Positions 43,586 through 53,107 of a stretch of DNA of 64,000 nt are shown here, piece by piece. Position numbers and translations under genes: made by a program. The stretch lies in the IMG/VR virus record IMGVR_UViG_3300043418_000120, positions 96,001 through 160,000 of that record; one strand, written 5' to 3'. This DNA is from a virus. Below the pieces are notes generated by a model. The model had not been told where the DNA came from. It searched no databases and was given only the letters and a program-made list of their open reading frames with translations. Position 1 is the stretch's first letter, and every line of letters begins with the position of its first letter.

Positions 43586-44075
43586 TGCTGACATCAGCCC
43601 AACTGATGTATTGAAGAGTATCCATATACCACACATTTGTTTTCTATCAGCAAATGCTTATGGTCTCAAGGGTAAGTTGCCTGGAGGTAAGCATACGTGG
43701 ATGTCTGTATTCAACGGTGGCTTCTGGACAACCTATGAGGTAACAGATATGGAAACTCTTAATGTACAGGGTGGATATCCATGGCATGGTAAGGTAGACA
43801 AACAATCTAGACAGATAATTGTCTCTGATCGCGACCCATCCCAGAAGTGGTTTGGTTCTGAGCCACGACTTGACTACATCGGTAAGTATGCATCCCAAAG
43901 TGTACTGACAAAAGCGATGAACGAATATCCAAAGAATGGCAACTTCAATCTATTGACAAATAACTGTAGCACATTCGTGAGCTACATGGCATGGAAACTT
44001 GGTGAAGATTATCGTGCGCCATACGTTGGGTTTAAGAACAAGAAGTATTGGGAAAAACTTCTTGACAATCAGTAA
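43551..44075 (+). CDS. Permuted papain-like (NlpC/P60, PPPDE-like) protein
   Basis: HTW...FNLLTNNCSTF. Confidence 0.6.
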   Translation: MTTTTKYPKWYDADISPTDVLKSIHIPHICFLSANAYGLKGKLPGGKHTWMSVFNGGFWTTYEVTDMETLNVQGGYPWHGKVDKQSRQIIVSDRDPSQKWFGSEPRLDYIGKYASQSVLTKAMNEYPKNGNFNLLTNNCSTFVSYMAWKLGEDYRAPYVGFKNKKYWEKLLDNQ

Positions 44076-44090
44076 GTAATCAGGTATAAT
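44062..44090 (+). promoter_or_regulatory. sigma70-type promoter
   Basis: TTGACA-N17-TATAAT. Confidence 0.85.
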
Positions 44091-44114
44091 ATACCTACCT
44101 TGAAGGAAAACATT

Positions 44115-44264
44115 ATGGAAATTACAATCACTAAAGTAGTAAACGGTTATATCGTTAAGTATGAACAAGAATCTGAAGACGGATTTCATGACGAGACTCA
44201 TGTGTTCCCGAAATATTTTCAAGTCGTTAAGTTCTTGAAAGAGCACTTGGATACACCCGCATGA
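44115..44264 (+). CDS. Small hypothetical protein
   Basis: AAGGA RBS; MEITITKVVNGYIV... Confidence 0.65.
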   Translation: MEITITKVVNGYIVKYEQESEDGFHDETHVFPKYFQVVKFLKEHLDTPA

Positions 44265-44536
44265 ACCTTGAGCAAGCCAAACGAGAATTCGCAAACTTTG
44301 TGAATCTTACCGATCCCTCCGCGAACATCTCTGATATTCACCACGCCTTTATCCTTGAAAAGATGAAGATGGATCTTTTCTTCTCCAAATTTCTCGACGA
44401 GACTGAAGAAGAAATGAACCAATCTGAAAATTATGACAGCCCAGCGTGGAAAACTTACCGAACGAAATTAAAAGAATATGATGATGTCTCCCGATTTATC
44501 ACTCACTCAAAATACTATCTTACTAAACATGTTTGA
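44261..44536 (+). CDS. Hypothetical protein
   Basis: ATGA overlap. Confidence 0.7.
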   Translation: MNLEQAKREFANFVNLTDPSANISDIHHAFILEKMKMDLFFSKFLDETEEEMNQSENYDSPAWKTYRTKLKEYDDVSRFITHSKYYLTKHV

Positions 44537-44750
44537 TACTCCAAAACAATTCTCACTACATATTGAGAAGATGGTTAAGGATAGACGTATTTCTCATATG
44601 GACGCTGTCCTAGAATATTGTAAAGAGAACTATCTAGAACCTGAAGACGTTAAGAAGCTGATCAACAAATCGCTCAAAGATAAGATTAAAGTAAATGCTA
44701 CAGACCTCAACTATTTCCCAAAGCCAGCCTCCCTCGATATCGATGTCTAA
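44529..44750 (+). CDS. gp33: Late transcription coactivator gp33
   Basis: FSLHIEKMV...HMDAVLEYC...LINKSLKDKI. Confidence 0.85.
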   Translation: MFDTPKQFSLHIEKMVKDRRISHMDAVLEYCKENYLEPEDVKKLINKSLKDKIKVNATDLNYFPKPASLDIDV

Positions 44751-45357
44751 CCTGAAAGCGATTAATGCTTACCGTATGTATCTTGCTGTCAAGATGCATT
44801 TTATGACGGATAAGTATGACATCACTGTTCAGAAAGACCATATCCGCGTTTCGCAAAAGAAGTTCGCCGAGCGCAATCAGTTTGGATTATACGAGAAGCT
44901 GGCTGACAAATTTGACACCAAACAAGAATTGGCTCAGTATCTAGTATCAAACTTTGCGTATGGCGCATGGGGAAACACTGATATTGTCTACGGATCGGCT
45001 GAGAATGATCAGCTACACTTAGAGTGGGTTCGTAGAAAGCAATCAATCACCCAAATCTTTAAGACCGACTTGAGTCACATTCGTCTACACTATGAGACCA
45101 ACGGCTTGAATTTCAAAGATGATGTTGGTGTGAAGTTCCCCAATATCGCTGCCCTGTTCCACATGTTCTTGGGTGGTCACATTACCCTTGAGACTGTTGT
45201 TATCCTTGACAGTTTCCATCCATTCTTGGATTCTTGGAAACAAAGTATGGGTTCATTGTTCGCTGATGAGATTCGTAGAATCGTTAAGGCGAAACCCTTT
45301 ATCAAGTTCGATAAAGCAAAGATGGAAAAAGCATTCATGGAGTTTAGTGAAGAGTAA
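44743..45357 (+). CDS. gp59: Helicase loader gp59
   Basis: YRMYLAVKMHF...KYD; ITLETVVILD; synteny gp33-gp59-gp32. Confidence 0.85.
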   Translation: MSNLKAINAYRMYLAVKMHFMTDKYDITVQKDHIRVSQKKFAERNQFGLYEKLADKFDTKQELAQYLVSNFAYGAWGNTDIVYGSAENDQLHLEWVRRKQSITQIFKTDLSHIRLHYETNGLNFKDDVGVKFPNIAALFHMFLGGHITLETVVILDSFHPFLDSWKQSMGSLFADEIRRIVKAKPFIKFDKAKMEKAFMEFSEE

Positions 45358-45360
45358 GAT

Positions 45361-45543
45361 ATGGGACGCACCTACCACAAAGAGAAGTCTTTCGATGAGC
45401 GCAAAAGCAACAAGGGTAAACGCTCAGTTGCTGCTGAACAAGAAAGAAAGTTTAACAAGAACCATCGTTTCATCGACGACGTAACCTACGAAGATGATGA
45501 CGATATTGAGGAAGAAGATGAGTTTCAATCTGATCAACCGTAG
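45361..45543 (+). CDS. Small basic/acidic hypothetical protein
   Basis: MGRTYHKEK...DDDDIEEED. Confidence 0.6.
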   Translation: MGRTYHKEKSFDERKSNKGKRSVAAEQERKFNKNHRFIDDVTYEDDDDIEEEDEFQSDQP

Positions 45544-46324
45544 TAAGCATTTTGATGCTATCTCAATTAACAAGAAGCTAGAAGTAGAAACTGTATTCGA
45601 CAAGGACAGTGGTCTTCGTTACTTCATCATTCGCGATATCTTTGACAACCCTGACCAATTGGTTGAGTTATTGTCACAGCATCCAGCATATGGTGGTGAC
45701 GTAGAAGTTACTACACCTGGACACCGTCAACTGTTGAGCTCGCTAGAGTTGCCTACTCTGACCAAACTGTATTCGCAGTTGTTCAAAGAGTTTACTACAG
45801 TTGAAACGAAGTTCTCCAGCTGGTATTACTCTGGTAACATTTACCAAGACGGTATGATGTCAAGCAACGCCAATCATATGCCTCGCTTTGAGCCATACCC
45901 ATTCTCTACACAGCTCTGCCTGACACGCGACACTAACATGGGACTGACCTTCTTTAAGGCAAAGCTCGATGGTGTCCTCCATGCTCGTTACAACGAAGCT
46001 GTGAAGGATTGCGATGAGGCAGTCTTCAAGCGTTTGTTCCCAGTTTACTCTGGACGAACCGAAGAAGAAGTTGCTAAGTGGAAGAACTTCGAAGGTAATG
46101 ATGACTGGACGCCTTACGTAAAGGAAGACTTCAAGTTTAATACCGCTGTAATTTATGATCCACTGTATTTCCATCAGATTCATTTTGCTGGAAACAAGAT
46201 CGAGAGTCCTCAGTACTCTTTGGTTGGAATGTTAGATGGTCCAATTGTTCAAGATCCCTTCTGGTATAAAGAACAAGAGCCTGAAAATATTTCCCAAAAA
46301 ACTGATGTATCAGACTTCATCTGA
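45518..46324 (+). CDS. 2OG-Fe(II) oxygenase-like fold, degenerate
   Basis: IIRDIFDNPD, PGHR, KFNTAVIYDPLYFH; PHxD replaced by PRFE. Confidence 0.55.
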   Translation: MSFNLINRSKHFDAISINKKLEVETVFDKDSGLRYFIIRDIFDNPDQLVELLSQHPAYGGDVEVTTPGHRQLLSSLELPTLTKLYSQLFKEFTTVETKFSSWYYSGNIYQDGMMSSNANHMPRFEPYPFSTQLCLTRDTNMGLTFFKAKLDGVLHARYNEAVKDCDEAVFKRLFPVYSGRTEEEVAKWKNFEGNDDWTPYVKEDFKFNTAVIYDPLYFHQIHFAGNKIESPQYSLVGMLDGPIVQDPFWYKEQEPENISQKTDVSDFI

Positions 46325-46332
46325 TATAAATA
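46325..46332 (+). promoter_or_regulatory. T4-type late promoter
   Basis: TATAAATA before gp32. Confidence 0.65.
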
Positions 46333-46399
46333 AATGTATATCATGATCATCGTGACATACGACATTTTTAATACACTTTAATACGACAAAGGAAATCAT

Positions 46400-47332
46400 A
46401 TGGATATCAACACACTACGCAAATCTCGCAACCAAGACTTCTCAAAGATCCTTGGCGAGTTCGACAAAATTGCTAAGCCCACTGAAGGTGGCGGCAAATC
46501 TTACGAAGACAATCGTTTCTGGAAACTTTCTCCAGACAAAGCAGGTAATGCGACAGCAACGATTCGTTTCCTCCCACGAGTAGAAGGCGATGAGTTCCCA
46601 TGGGCTCGCGTATTCAACCACAGTTTCCAAGGTCCAACAGGTAAATGGTACATCGAGAACAGTCTGACGACTCTCGGTGAGAACGACCCTGTCGGCGAAT
46701 TGAATTCACGTTTGTGGAATTCAGGTTCAGAAGCCAACAAGGAAATTGCTCGTAAGCAAAAGCGTAAGCTGTCTTACATTGCGAACATCTATATCGTTAA
46801 CGATCCTACCAAGCCAGAGAACAACGGCACTGTGAAGTTGTTCAAGTTCGGTAAGAAGATCTTTGACAAGATTATGGATAAGGCTAACCCAACGTTCGAG
46901 GATGAGAAGCCAGTTCTCGTGTTCGACTTGTGGGAAGGTGCTGACTTCAAACTTCGTATGCGCAAGGTTGATGGTTACTCAAACTATGACCAATCGCAGT
47001 TCAACGATCAAACTGAGATCGCTCCAACTGATGAAGAAAAATTGGAAATTGTGTCAAAGCAATTCCCATTGTCTGAATTCTTGGACCGTAAGAACTTCAA
47101 GTCTTACGATGAATTGAAGAAGAAGTTGGAATTGGTATTGAGCGGCGAATCTGCTCCTACTAAGTCTGCCGCTCAAATGGCAGAAGAGGAAGACCGTCCT
47201 GCGGCTCCAGCTCCACGAGTTGGCGCTTCTCGTGACGCCTTCACTCCTACTCGTAGCACACCAGCTCCAGTAGCTGCGTCTGCTGATGAAGATGACGATT
47301 TGTCATATTTCCAAAAGCTGGCTAGCGAGTAA
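46400..47332 (+). CDS. gp32: Single-stranded DNA-binding protein gp32
   Basis: DNRFWK, IRFLP, WYIENSLTT, FGKKIFDKI, acidic tail SYFQKLA. Confidence 0.95.
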   Translation: MDINTLRKSRNQDFSKILGEFDKIAKPTEGGGKSYEDNRFWKLSPDKAGNATATIRFLPRVEGDEFPWARVFNHSFQGPTGKWYIENSLTTLGENDPVGELNSRLWNSGSEANKEIARKQKRKLSYIANIYIVNDPTKPENNGTVKLFKFGKKIFDKIMDKANPTFEDEKPVLVFDLWEGADFKLRMRKVDGYSNYDQSQFNDQTEIAPTDEEKLEIVSKQFPLSEFLDRKNFKSYDELKKKLELVLSGESAPTKSAAQMAEEEDRPAAPAPRVGASRDAFTPTRSTPAPVAASADEDDDLSYFQKLASE

Positions 47333-47359
47333 AAGAAAGGCTCCTTCGGGAGCCTTTTT
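47333..47359. terminator. Bidirectional terminator
   Basis: AAAGGCTCC-TTCG-GGAGCCTTTTT. Confidence 0.88.
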
Positions 47360-47961
47360 CATTTCCAGTGTGGACCGCTGAAGTTAAAATCTAAGTGGTA
47401 TTTGTACCCAGAGAGAACTGGGTTGATCTGAGCATAGCGGAAAGCTGGGTATACATACAGTAAGCCCTTTGATCGTAGCTCGGTTGGATTTGGCAAGTCT
47501 TTCATTGTGCCAAAGTATAACAAAATGTCACCACCCTCATAGTCCTTCGGATCGGAGAGAACTAGAGACGCGCAGAGTTTGTACTGCATGTGGTTAGAGA
47601 TCCAATTAACACGTTGCTGTTTGGACCAATGTGCCTTTTCGGCACCATCGTATTCTGTAATCCATGTTGTCTTGTTCTTCTCTTGGTAGAAGTGCGCAAA
47701 GTTAATGTCAAAGAGGAACATGTCCTCGTTTGCTCTTCTGACTACATCAACTACGCGATTGACAATGGGAGTGAACTTATCTTCTGATGGATTGATGAAG
47801 AGAACCTTACTTGTGCGTAAGGTGAAGTCAACCTTAGAGTTTGGAGGATAACCAACCGCTGGTCGAATTGCTTCGCCTGAGTTGGTCTTGAAGTGATCAA
47901 TCAACATCAAACATTCATCGTCGCTCAGAAACTTGTTCTGATAATAAATTTCACCTAACAT
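47359..47961 (-). CDS. P4H-like 2OG-Fe(II) oxygenase fold, Fe ligands missing
   Basis: RTSKV, KLCASLVLSDPKDYEGG, YPAF, GPHWK. Confidence 0.65.
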   Translation of the reverse strand: MLGEIYYQNKFLSDDECLMLIDHFKTNSGEAIRPAVGYPPNSKVDFTLRTSKVLFINPSEDKFTPIVNRVVDVVRRANEDMFLFDINFAHFYQEKNKTTWITEYDGAEKAHWSKQQRVNWISNHMQYKLCASLVLSDPKDYEGGDILLYFGTMKDLPNPTELRSKGLLYVYPAFRYAQINPVLSGYKYHLDFNFSGPHWK

Positions 47962-47968
47962 AATTCCC

Positions 47969-49612
47969 TTATCTTGTTACTGGGTAGAATCTTCTATCTA
48001 GATACTTATCAAGAGTTGTTTCACGGTTCACTGGATCTTTCGTAGTCTTCTTCTCGGCAGGAGCTGAGCCACCAGATACGTTTGTCACTGGAGCATTAAC
48101 AATGGTATTGCTTGCTGGTGTGGGTTGAACCGCTGCTTCTTTCATTGAAGTAACCTGTGTGTTGGTTTGGTTCAATACTTGACCAGTAGACACAGGGGCA
48201 ACTGTAGCTGCCGTAGCTGACTGAGCAATCTTCTGAGCAGCAGCAGTTGGCGCCATTGATGCCTTCTGAACAGCTGCTTTATGAGCAGTCGCATCATCAG
48301 CACCAGAGTCTTTCTGCTTCATGTATTCTTGTTGGTAGGCTGGCGACTGAGTAACCGCATCAACATTCGTAGTTGTCTTTTGGTTGTTGTTTGTTGTGCT
48401 AGTAGAAGTATTACCAGCTGCAGTAGCTGGAGCAGCTGCGGCACCTGGACCTGACAATGCTTGATAACCTTGAACAGCACCGCCACCAACTGCTTGACCA
48501 GCCTTCTTACCACCCCAGTAACCTACAGCACCACCAATCAAACCACCAATGGCAGTTCCTACAACTGGAACGACAGAACCAATTGCTGCCCCAGCAGCAG
48601 CACCAGCGAGAGCACCACCAGCGCCTCCAACTCCACCGCCCACTGCCTCGCCTTTCTTAACCTGACCTTCTTCTTTAGTAATCTCGCCAGATTTGACTTT
48701 GTCATCAGCTTCTTTGTAATCACTGTATCCCTCGTATGCGGCAGTACCAACTGCTAGAACACCACCACCGATCTTAGCAAACTTACCCAGCTTGCCAGCA
48801 GCAGAAGCAAGTTTACCTGCCTTACCTGCTGCCTTACCTTTACCGTTACCAGCTAGATCGCCAGCCATCTCAGCAGCTGAACTTAGCAGCCCACCACCTC
48901 CACCACCTTCGCCTGACTTCTCGACCAAAGTCTCAAGGGCTTCGACCATCTTGTCAGTACGCTCGGTTTGTTTCTTAAAGAAGTCGTCAGAGATTGTGTA
49001 GAGAGCAGTAAGATCGCTCTCTTGTTTCTTCGTAACTTCCATCTGTTCTTTAGACATCTCAGCTGCTTCGATCTTGGCTTCGCCAGATTCAACTTGCTGG
49101 ATAGACTGGTCCTTGGCTTCAGTTTCTTTCTTGCGTGGATCTAGCTTCTCAAGTTCTGCGCCAAGTGCTTTCTGGCGGTCTAAGTTCTCTTGATCAACCT
49201 TATACCCAGCCTCAGTAACTTTCTTCTCTTGAGTTTGAAGCTCAGCCATCTCTTTCTGTTTAGACTGGATTTGCTCAAAGAGATCCTCACCAACTTGACG
49301 TGATGTGTCAAGTGATAGATTCTTACCTGCCGTGGAATGATTCTGGAAATTCTGAACGAACGCCTCTTTGTCTTGGTGACGTTGTTCCTTTGCTTCTGCT
49401 TTCTTTTTGTATGCCTCAGCTACACCAGTAAGACCAAGCCCCTCGAAGAAAGAAGCGCCACCTGCACCAGCGCCCATCTTCCCACCAGTAACGGCTGGTC
49501 TAATCTTGTTCTCGTAAGATGTTTTCAATGTGTTGGCCAAGTCGCCTGCGAACTGTTTAAGTTTCAGGTTACCTGGATTCATCTCTTCGATTTTATCTAG
49601 TACTAGTCTCAT
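47969..49612 (-). CDS. Tape-measure/baseplate hub-like protein
   Basis: Coiled coil plus glycine-zipper segment, NTIVNAP tail; follows gp26/gp51. Confidence 0.55.
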   Translation of the reverse strand: MRLVLDKIEEMNPGNLKLKQFAGDLANTLKTSYENKIRPAVTGGKMGAGAGGASFFEGLGLTGVAEAYKKKAEAKEQRHQDKEAFVQNFQNHSTAGKNLSLDTSRQVGEDLFEQIQSKQKEMAELQTQEKKVTEAGYKVDQENLDRQKALGAELEKLDPRKKETEAKDQSIQQVESGEAKIEAAEMSKEQMEVTKKQESDLTALYTISDDFFKKQTERTDKMVEALETLVEKSGEGGGGGGLLSSAAEMAGDLAGNGKGKAAGKAGKLASAAGKLGKFAKIGGGVLAVGTAAYEGYSDYKEADDKVKSGEITKEEGQVKKGEAVGGGVGGAGGALAGAAAGAAIGSVVPVVGTAIGGLIGGAVGYWGGKKAGQAVGGGAVQGYQALSGPGAAAAPATAAGNTSTSTTNNNQKTTTNVDAVTQSPAYQQEYMKQKDSGADDATAHKAAVQKASMAPTAAAQKIAQSATAATVAPVSTGQVLNQTNTQVTSMKEAAVQPTPASNTIVNAPVTNVSGGSAPAEKKTTKDPVNRETTLDKYLDRRFYPVTR

Positions 49613-49797
49613 TTCTTATTCTTCTCTCTTAATCGTTCTTTTTCTTCTTCTAAGTGATTCAAAAGCATAGTGACGTAGATTTCTCTTTCGAAGGGCACCA
49701 TATTCTCTAGATCCTCAAGCGAGTACTTATGGTGCTGTAACAAACCAAAATTTATTTGATAATGGTTGAACAAGCTGTCATGACTAAGGCAAATTAG
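49609..49797 (-). CDS. gp51: Baseplate hub assembly protein gp51-like (no ATG; -1 frame of gp26)
   Basis: LICLSHDSLFNHYQINFGLLQHHKYSLEDLENMVPFEREIYVTML. Confidence 0.8.
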   Translation of the reverse strand, partial: LICLSHDSLFNHYQINFGLLQHHKYSLEDLENMVPFEREIYVTMLLNHLEEEKERLREKNKK

Positions 49798-50501
49798 AAA
49801 AAACTTTCGATACCTTCTACAGTGTAGGTGTTATGAGCGCCACACTTTGGACAGTCATACTCAACTACTTGCTGTAGTTTAGGGGTTGACTCAAAGAATT
49901 TCTTCAGCTTCTTAGTAGGAGCAGTCGGTAGGTCTTCAAGGAATTTGATAAGGTCTTCTTCCTTTTGTTCTTTGGCTGGGTAAACTGACTCAGCGTCATA
50001 GATGTAATCTACATGGTGAGCAATCATGCGCAGGATAGCATCGGCATCATTCAGGTCCAGTTTCTGGATCTCTTTCAGCATGTCAACGGTAGCGTACTTC
50101 ATGACAACACCAACGTCCTCAAACAAATCAATCTTGTTTGAGTGGTCATCTTCTTTGACCAGCTTCGGCTCAATCTTGAAGCCGATCTTTGTTTTCTCAC
50201 CACAGGCTTTGTCGCGGCATGTAAATAGCAAGTCGACGTTCTCGCCGACAGACTTTGCGCGTAGCTGGGTAAAGATGTATTCGATGTCAAAGATTGGCAG
50301 TTCGTCAACCTTTGTGTCGCCAAGGATACAGTTAGAGATAACTGCCTTCAATGTGTCTAGCATTGTTACCTCGTCTTCGCTCTGCTGAGCAAGGAGAAGG
50401 TTCTTTTCATCCTTAACGAGGAATGGGCGATACTTAACTTCCTTGCCAGTTGATGGCAGTTTAAGTGTATAGATGGGGTGTTTGTATTGTGGCAAAGACA
50501 T
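49794..50501 (-). CDS. gp26: Baseplate hub subunit gp26
   Basis: LPSTGKEVKYRPFLVKDEK, FDIEYIFTQLRAKSVGE, CPKCG...EGIESFF. Confidence 0.9.
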   Translation of the reverse strand: MSLPQYKHPIYTLKLPSTGKEVKYRPFLVKDEKNLLLAQQSEDEVTMLDTLKAVISNCILGDTKVDELPIFDIEYIFTQLRAKSVGENVDLLFTCRDKACGEKTKIGFKIEPKLVKEDDHSNKIDLFEDVGVVMKYATVDMLKEIQKLDLNDADAILRMIAHHVDYIYDAESVYPAKEQKEEDLIKFLEDLPTAPTKKLKKFFESTPKLQQVVEYDCPKCGAHNTYTVEGIESFF

Positions 50502-50503
50502 AA

Positions 50504-50923
50504 TTATTCCTTATTCATTTTAGAAATCATTTTATTCAAATCAGCAGTGCTACCCACAAAGATAGCATTGTTATTCGTGACTTTCTTGTTACCTTCGGCA
50601 GAGCCTTTAGGATTATCAAGTTGTTGTTTCTGTTTGTGCAGATCCATCATTTGCTGGTTCACGTCAGCCATTTGTTTGATGAGAGTGCCTACAACTTCAA
50701 ATGCTCTTGGGTGTTCAGATTGCTTAGCAACCTCAAGCGCGCCCATCAATGCATCTTCGCCTTGCATAAGCAGAAGCTGTAGATTCTTTCTCGCTTGCTC
50801 GAAGTCAGAATCAACTGACTCCTGAGCAACTTCGTCTTTAATAACGAGTTCACGTGTTACCCCTTTCGGGGCATCATTAACCTCGATATCGAAAATTTCA
50901 CTAAGGTTTGTATCAGTCTTCAA
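50504..50923 (-). CDS. gp16: Terminase small subunit gp16-like
   Basis: HPRAFEV...NNAIFVGSTADL. Confidence 0.8.
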   Translation of the reverse strand: MKTDTNLSEIFDIEVNDAPKGVTRELVIKDEVAQESVDSDFEQARKNLQLLLMQGEDALMGALEVAKQSEHPRAFEVVGTLIKQMADVNQQMMDLHKQKQQLDNPKGSAEGNKKVTNNNAIFVGSTADLNKMISKMNKE

Positions 50924-51317
50924 TTTTAGCTCTTCCTTTGCTTAATGCAGGTGTAACACTTGAAACAACAGGTGTTACTGGCATTGGCACAGCTGGGATA
51001 GGTGTAGGCGCAACAGGAGCAATTACTGGAGGAGTTGCGTTAGCAGCTGTACCAGCAAGTTTCTCTTGAGTGCGACCGAACGCAGCGATACCAAGAACAG
51101 CGCCCATCGCTACGTGGAATAAACCAGCGCCTTGCAATGTTAGCGGTTGCCATTGGGTTAGGGTTTGGTGCGTTACTGTTTGCAGAATACTCCAAAGAAT
51201 TGGGAACACACCCATATCTAGCGTACAGATAAGCATGTACATCCAGCCCATAGCTGGACGCCATTTCTTCTGCATCCAATCTTCATCTTTCTTTTCTACT
51301 TGTTGTTCATCAGCCAT
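50913..51317 (-). CDS. Holin-like membrane protein
   Basis: KWRPAMGWMY...GLFHVAMGAVLGIAAFGRTQEK. Confidence 0.65.
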   Translation of the reverse strand: MADEQQVEKKDEDWMQKKWRPAMGWMYMLICTLDMGVFPILWSILQTVTHQTLTQWQPLTLQGAGLFHVAMGAVLGIAAFGRTQEKLAGTAANATPPVIAPVAPTPIPAVPMPVTPVVSSVTPALSKGRAKIED

Positions 51318-51336
51318 GGTAGTTCCTTTGTTATTT

Positions 51337-52005
51337 TTATTGTGGAGCTTCATCACTTGCTTGGTTAGGCACATCAAGAACGTTCTGACCACTCAAGCGA
51401 GGATTTAGGTTGGCACTCGACACACCAGAACCAATACTATTTGTTGGAACTGGTGATGCGCGTGGCGCCTCTTGCTTATCAATGGTCAACTGTCTCCAGT
51501 ACTTGTACTCAATGGACACAGACAATTTTGTAACATCTTTAGAACCAGAGCTGAAGTTAATGGCAGCTACTGATTTTGGGAATGCCTCGTACAACTTCAT
51601 AGCGTACTTCGGCGATTCGTTTTCTGAGAAATCCAGTTGTTGGATTTCAATTCTACCAATGTAGTCTTGGTAGTATCCAATCATACGAGAGACTGGATTG
51701 ACAATTCTAGCTTGCCACTCATCAAAGAACATCTTAATTTCCATCTCTTGATCAAGAATGAACTCGAGATTGACTGGCTCGAACGAACGGTTATAAACAA
51801 CCTCTCGCTGTTCACCAAAGGTGTTTGTTGGATTCGATAGCAGGTTCATACCTGGCATAGATACCGAGTCGCAATAGAATGTCAGTTTGTCATCAGGCGC
51901 ATCTGAGATTAGAGACGCAGGTGGTGTGATGATTACTAAGTAACGATTGCTTCTTGCTAAGCCTTCGCCCTTTACTAACGCAATGAATTCGTTGATCGAT
52001 GCCAT
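51337..52005 (-). CDS. gp54: Baseplate tail-tube initiator gp54-like
   Basis: GLARSNRY, CDSVSMPG, LYEAFPKSV, YKYW. Confidence 0.75.
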   Translation of the reverse strand: MASINEFIALVKGEGLARSNRYLVIITPPASLISDAPDDKLTFYCDSVSMPGMNLLSNPTNTFGEQREVVYNRSFEPVNLEFILDQEMEIKMFFDEWQARIVNPVSRMIGYYQDYIGRIEIQQLDFSENESPKYAMKLYEAFPKSVAAINFSSGSKDVTKLSVSIEYKYWRQLTIDKQEAPRASPVPTNSIGSGVSSANLNPRLSGQNVLDVPNQASDEAPQ

Positions 52006-52598
52006 TAAAATGCCTTTCTTGAATCTCGCCAGACTTGTTCTTTGTTTGCTTTCGCGAAGCGTTCAACTGGTAACATCATTGCAGTTACCCAATGTTCTGG
52101 TTCAATTTTAGCGAAGCGACTTTTTACATGATCATTCAAGTACATCTTAACGCAGGGCTGTGCCCATCCAAACTTGGCACTACCAGCAATCAACTGATAC
52201 TTGAATTTCAGTCGAGTGCTTTCGCTAATGCCTTTGGTGTTGGAGAATACCATCAATCTGTCCAGCAGCTTTACGCGAAGCAATGGTGGAAGATAGTGGA
52301 AGTTCAATCCATAGAAGCCACCCTTGACCTTACGGAATGGGATGACTAGAGGAAAACGGTCAAAGTATGGGAGTGTGTCCTTATGCTTTGGGTCATAGTA
52401 AAACAGGTACATATCTCCAGGCATCAGCGTACTGACGAAGTTAGCTGAGTTCAGCAACTTGTTTGGTGTAACTGCTGATAGTCCTCTAACCTGAGCAGAG
52501 AACCACGACTGCGACTTCTTGGCAGCTGTGATGTCATAGGCTCTTGCGGCGAAGACGTCTTCTAAAGATTTTGCGGAGATGATTTTATTTTCGTTCAT
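52005..52598 (-). CDS. gp2: DNA end protector gp2
   Basis: YDPKHKDTLPYFDRFPLV, GLNFHYLPP. Confidence 0.9.
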   Translation of the reverse strand: MNENKIISAKSLEDVFAARAYDITAAKKSQSWFSAQVRGLSAVTPNKLLNSANFVSTLMPGDMYLFYYDPKHKDTLPYFDRFPLVIPFRKVKGGFYGLNFHYLPPLLRVKLLDRLMVFSNTKGISESTRLKFKYQLIAGSAKFGWAQPCVKMYLNDHVKSRFAKIEPEHWVTAMMLPVERFAKANKEQVWRDSRKAF

Positions 52599-52603
52599 AG
52601 AAC

Positions 52604-53062
52604 CTATTTATTCTTATACCAGCTGGCGGTAATCCCCAGATGCTTCTCGGTCAGGATAATAAATTCCCAACCACGATCCTTTGCATAAGCATCTGCAGCT
52701 TTCCATTTTGCTTCATTCTTACCCCAAGTCATAACTTCATTGAGGTAACGCTTGGTCAAACGCTTCTTTACAGCTGGTGGTCTTGTCTGAGCTTCTGGCT
52801 TAATCTCGATGAGGTATGTCTTCAGCTGCCCACTCTTGGTTCTTATCTGAATCTGGAAATCCACAAAGTAACGGTGGACTCTGTTGTCTACTGGTGAAAC
52901 ATAGGGTACAACTGTCTCCTCCGAGCGCCATTTAAGGACACTTGGCTTCTCGTCAGCCCAGTTCATAAAGCGTAGCTCCCAACTCGAACGGTAAATGATG
53001 TTCGTCGGATCTCCACTATATTTCTCTGGATTCTTCGGTTTGAACTTTCCCTTGTAGAACAT
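52604..53062 (-). CDS. gp4: Head completion nuclease gp4
   Basis: KYSGDPTNIIYRSSWE, HRYFVDF, EIKP. Confidence 0.92.
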   Translation of the reverse strand: MFYKGKFKPKNPEKYSGDPTNIIYRSSWELRFMNWADEKPSVLKWRSEETVVPYVSPVDNRVHRYFVDFQIQIRTKSGQLKTYLIEIKPEAQTRPPAVKKRLTKRYLNEVMTWGKNEAKWKAADAYAKDRGWEFIILTEKHLGITASWYKNK

Positions 53063-53107
53063 GAATAAATATAACTAAATAACAACCATCTTCTATTTAG
53101 GACAGAT

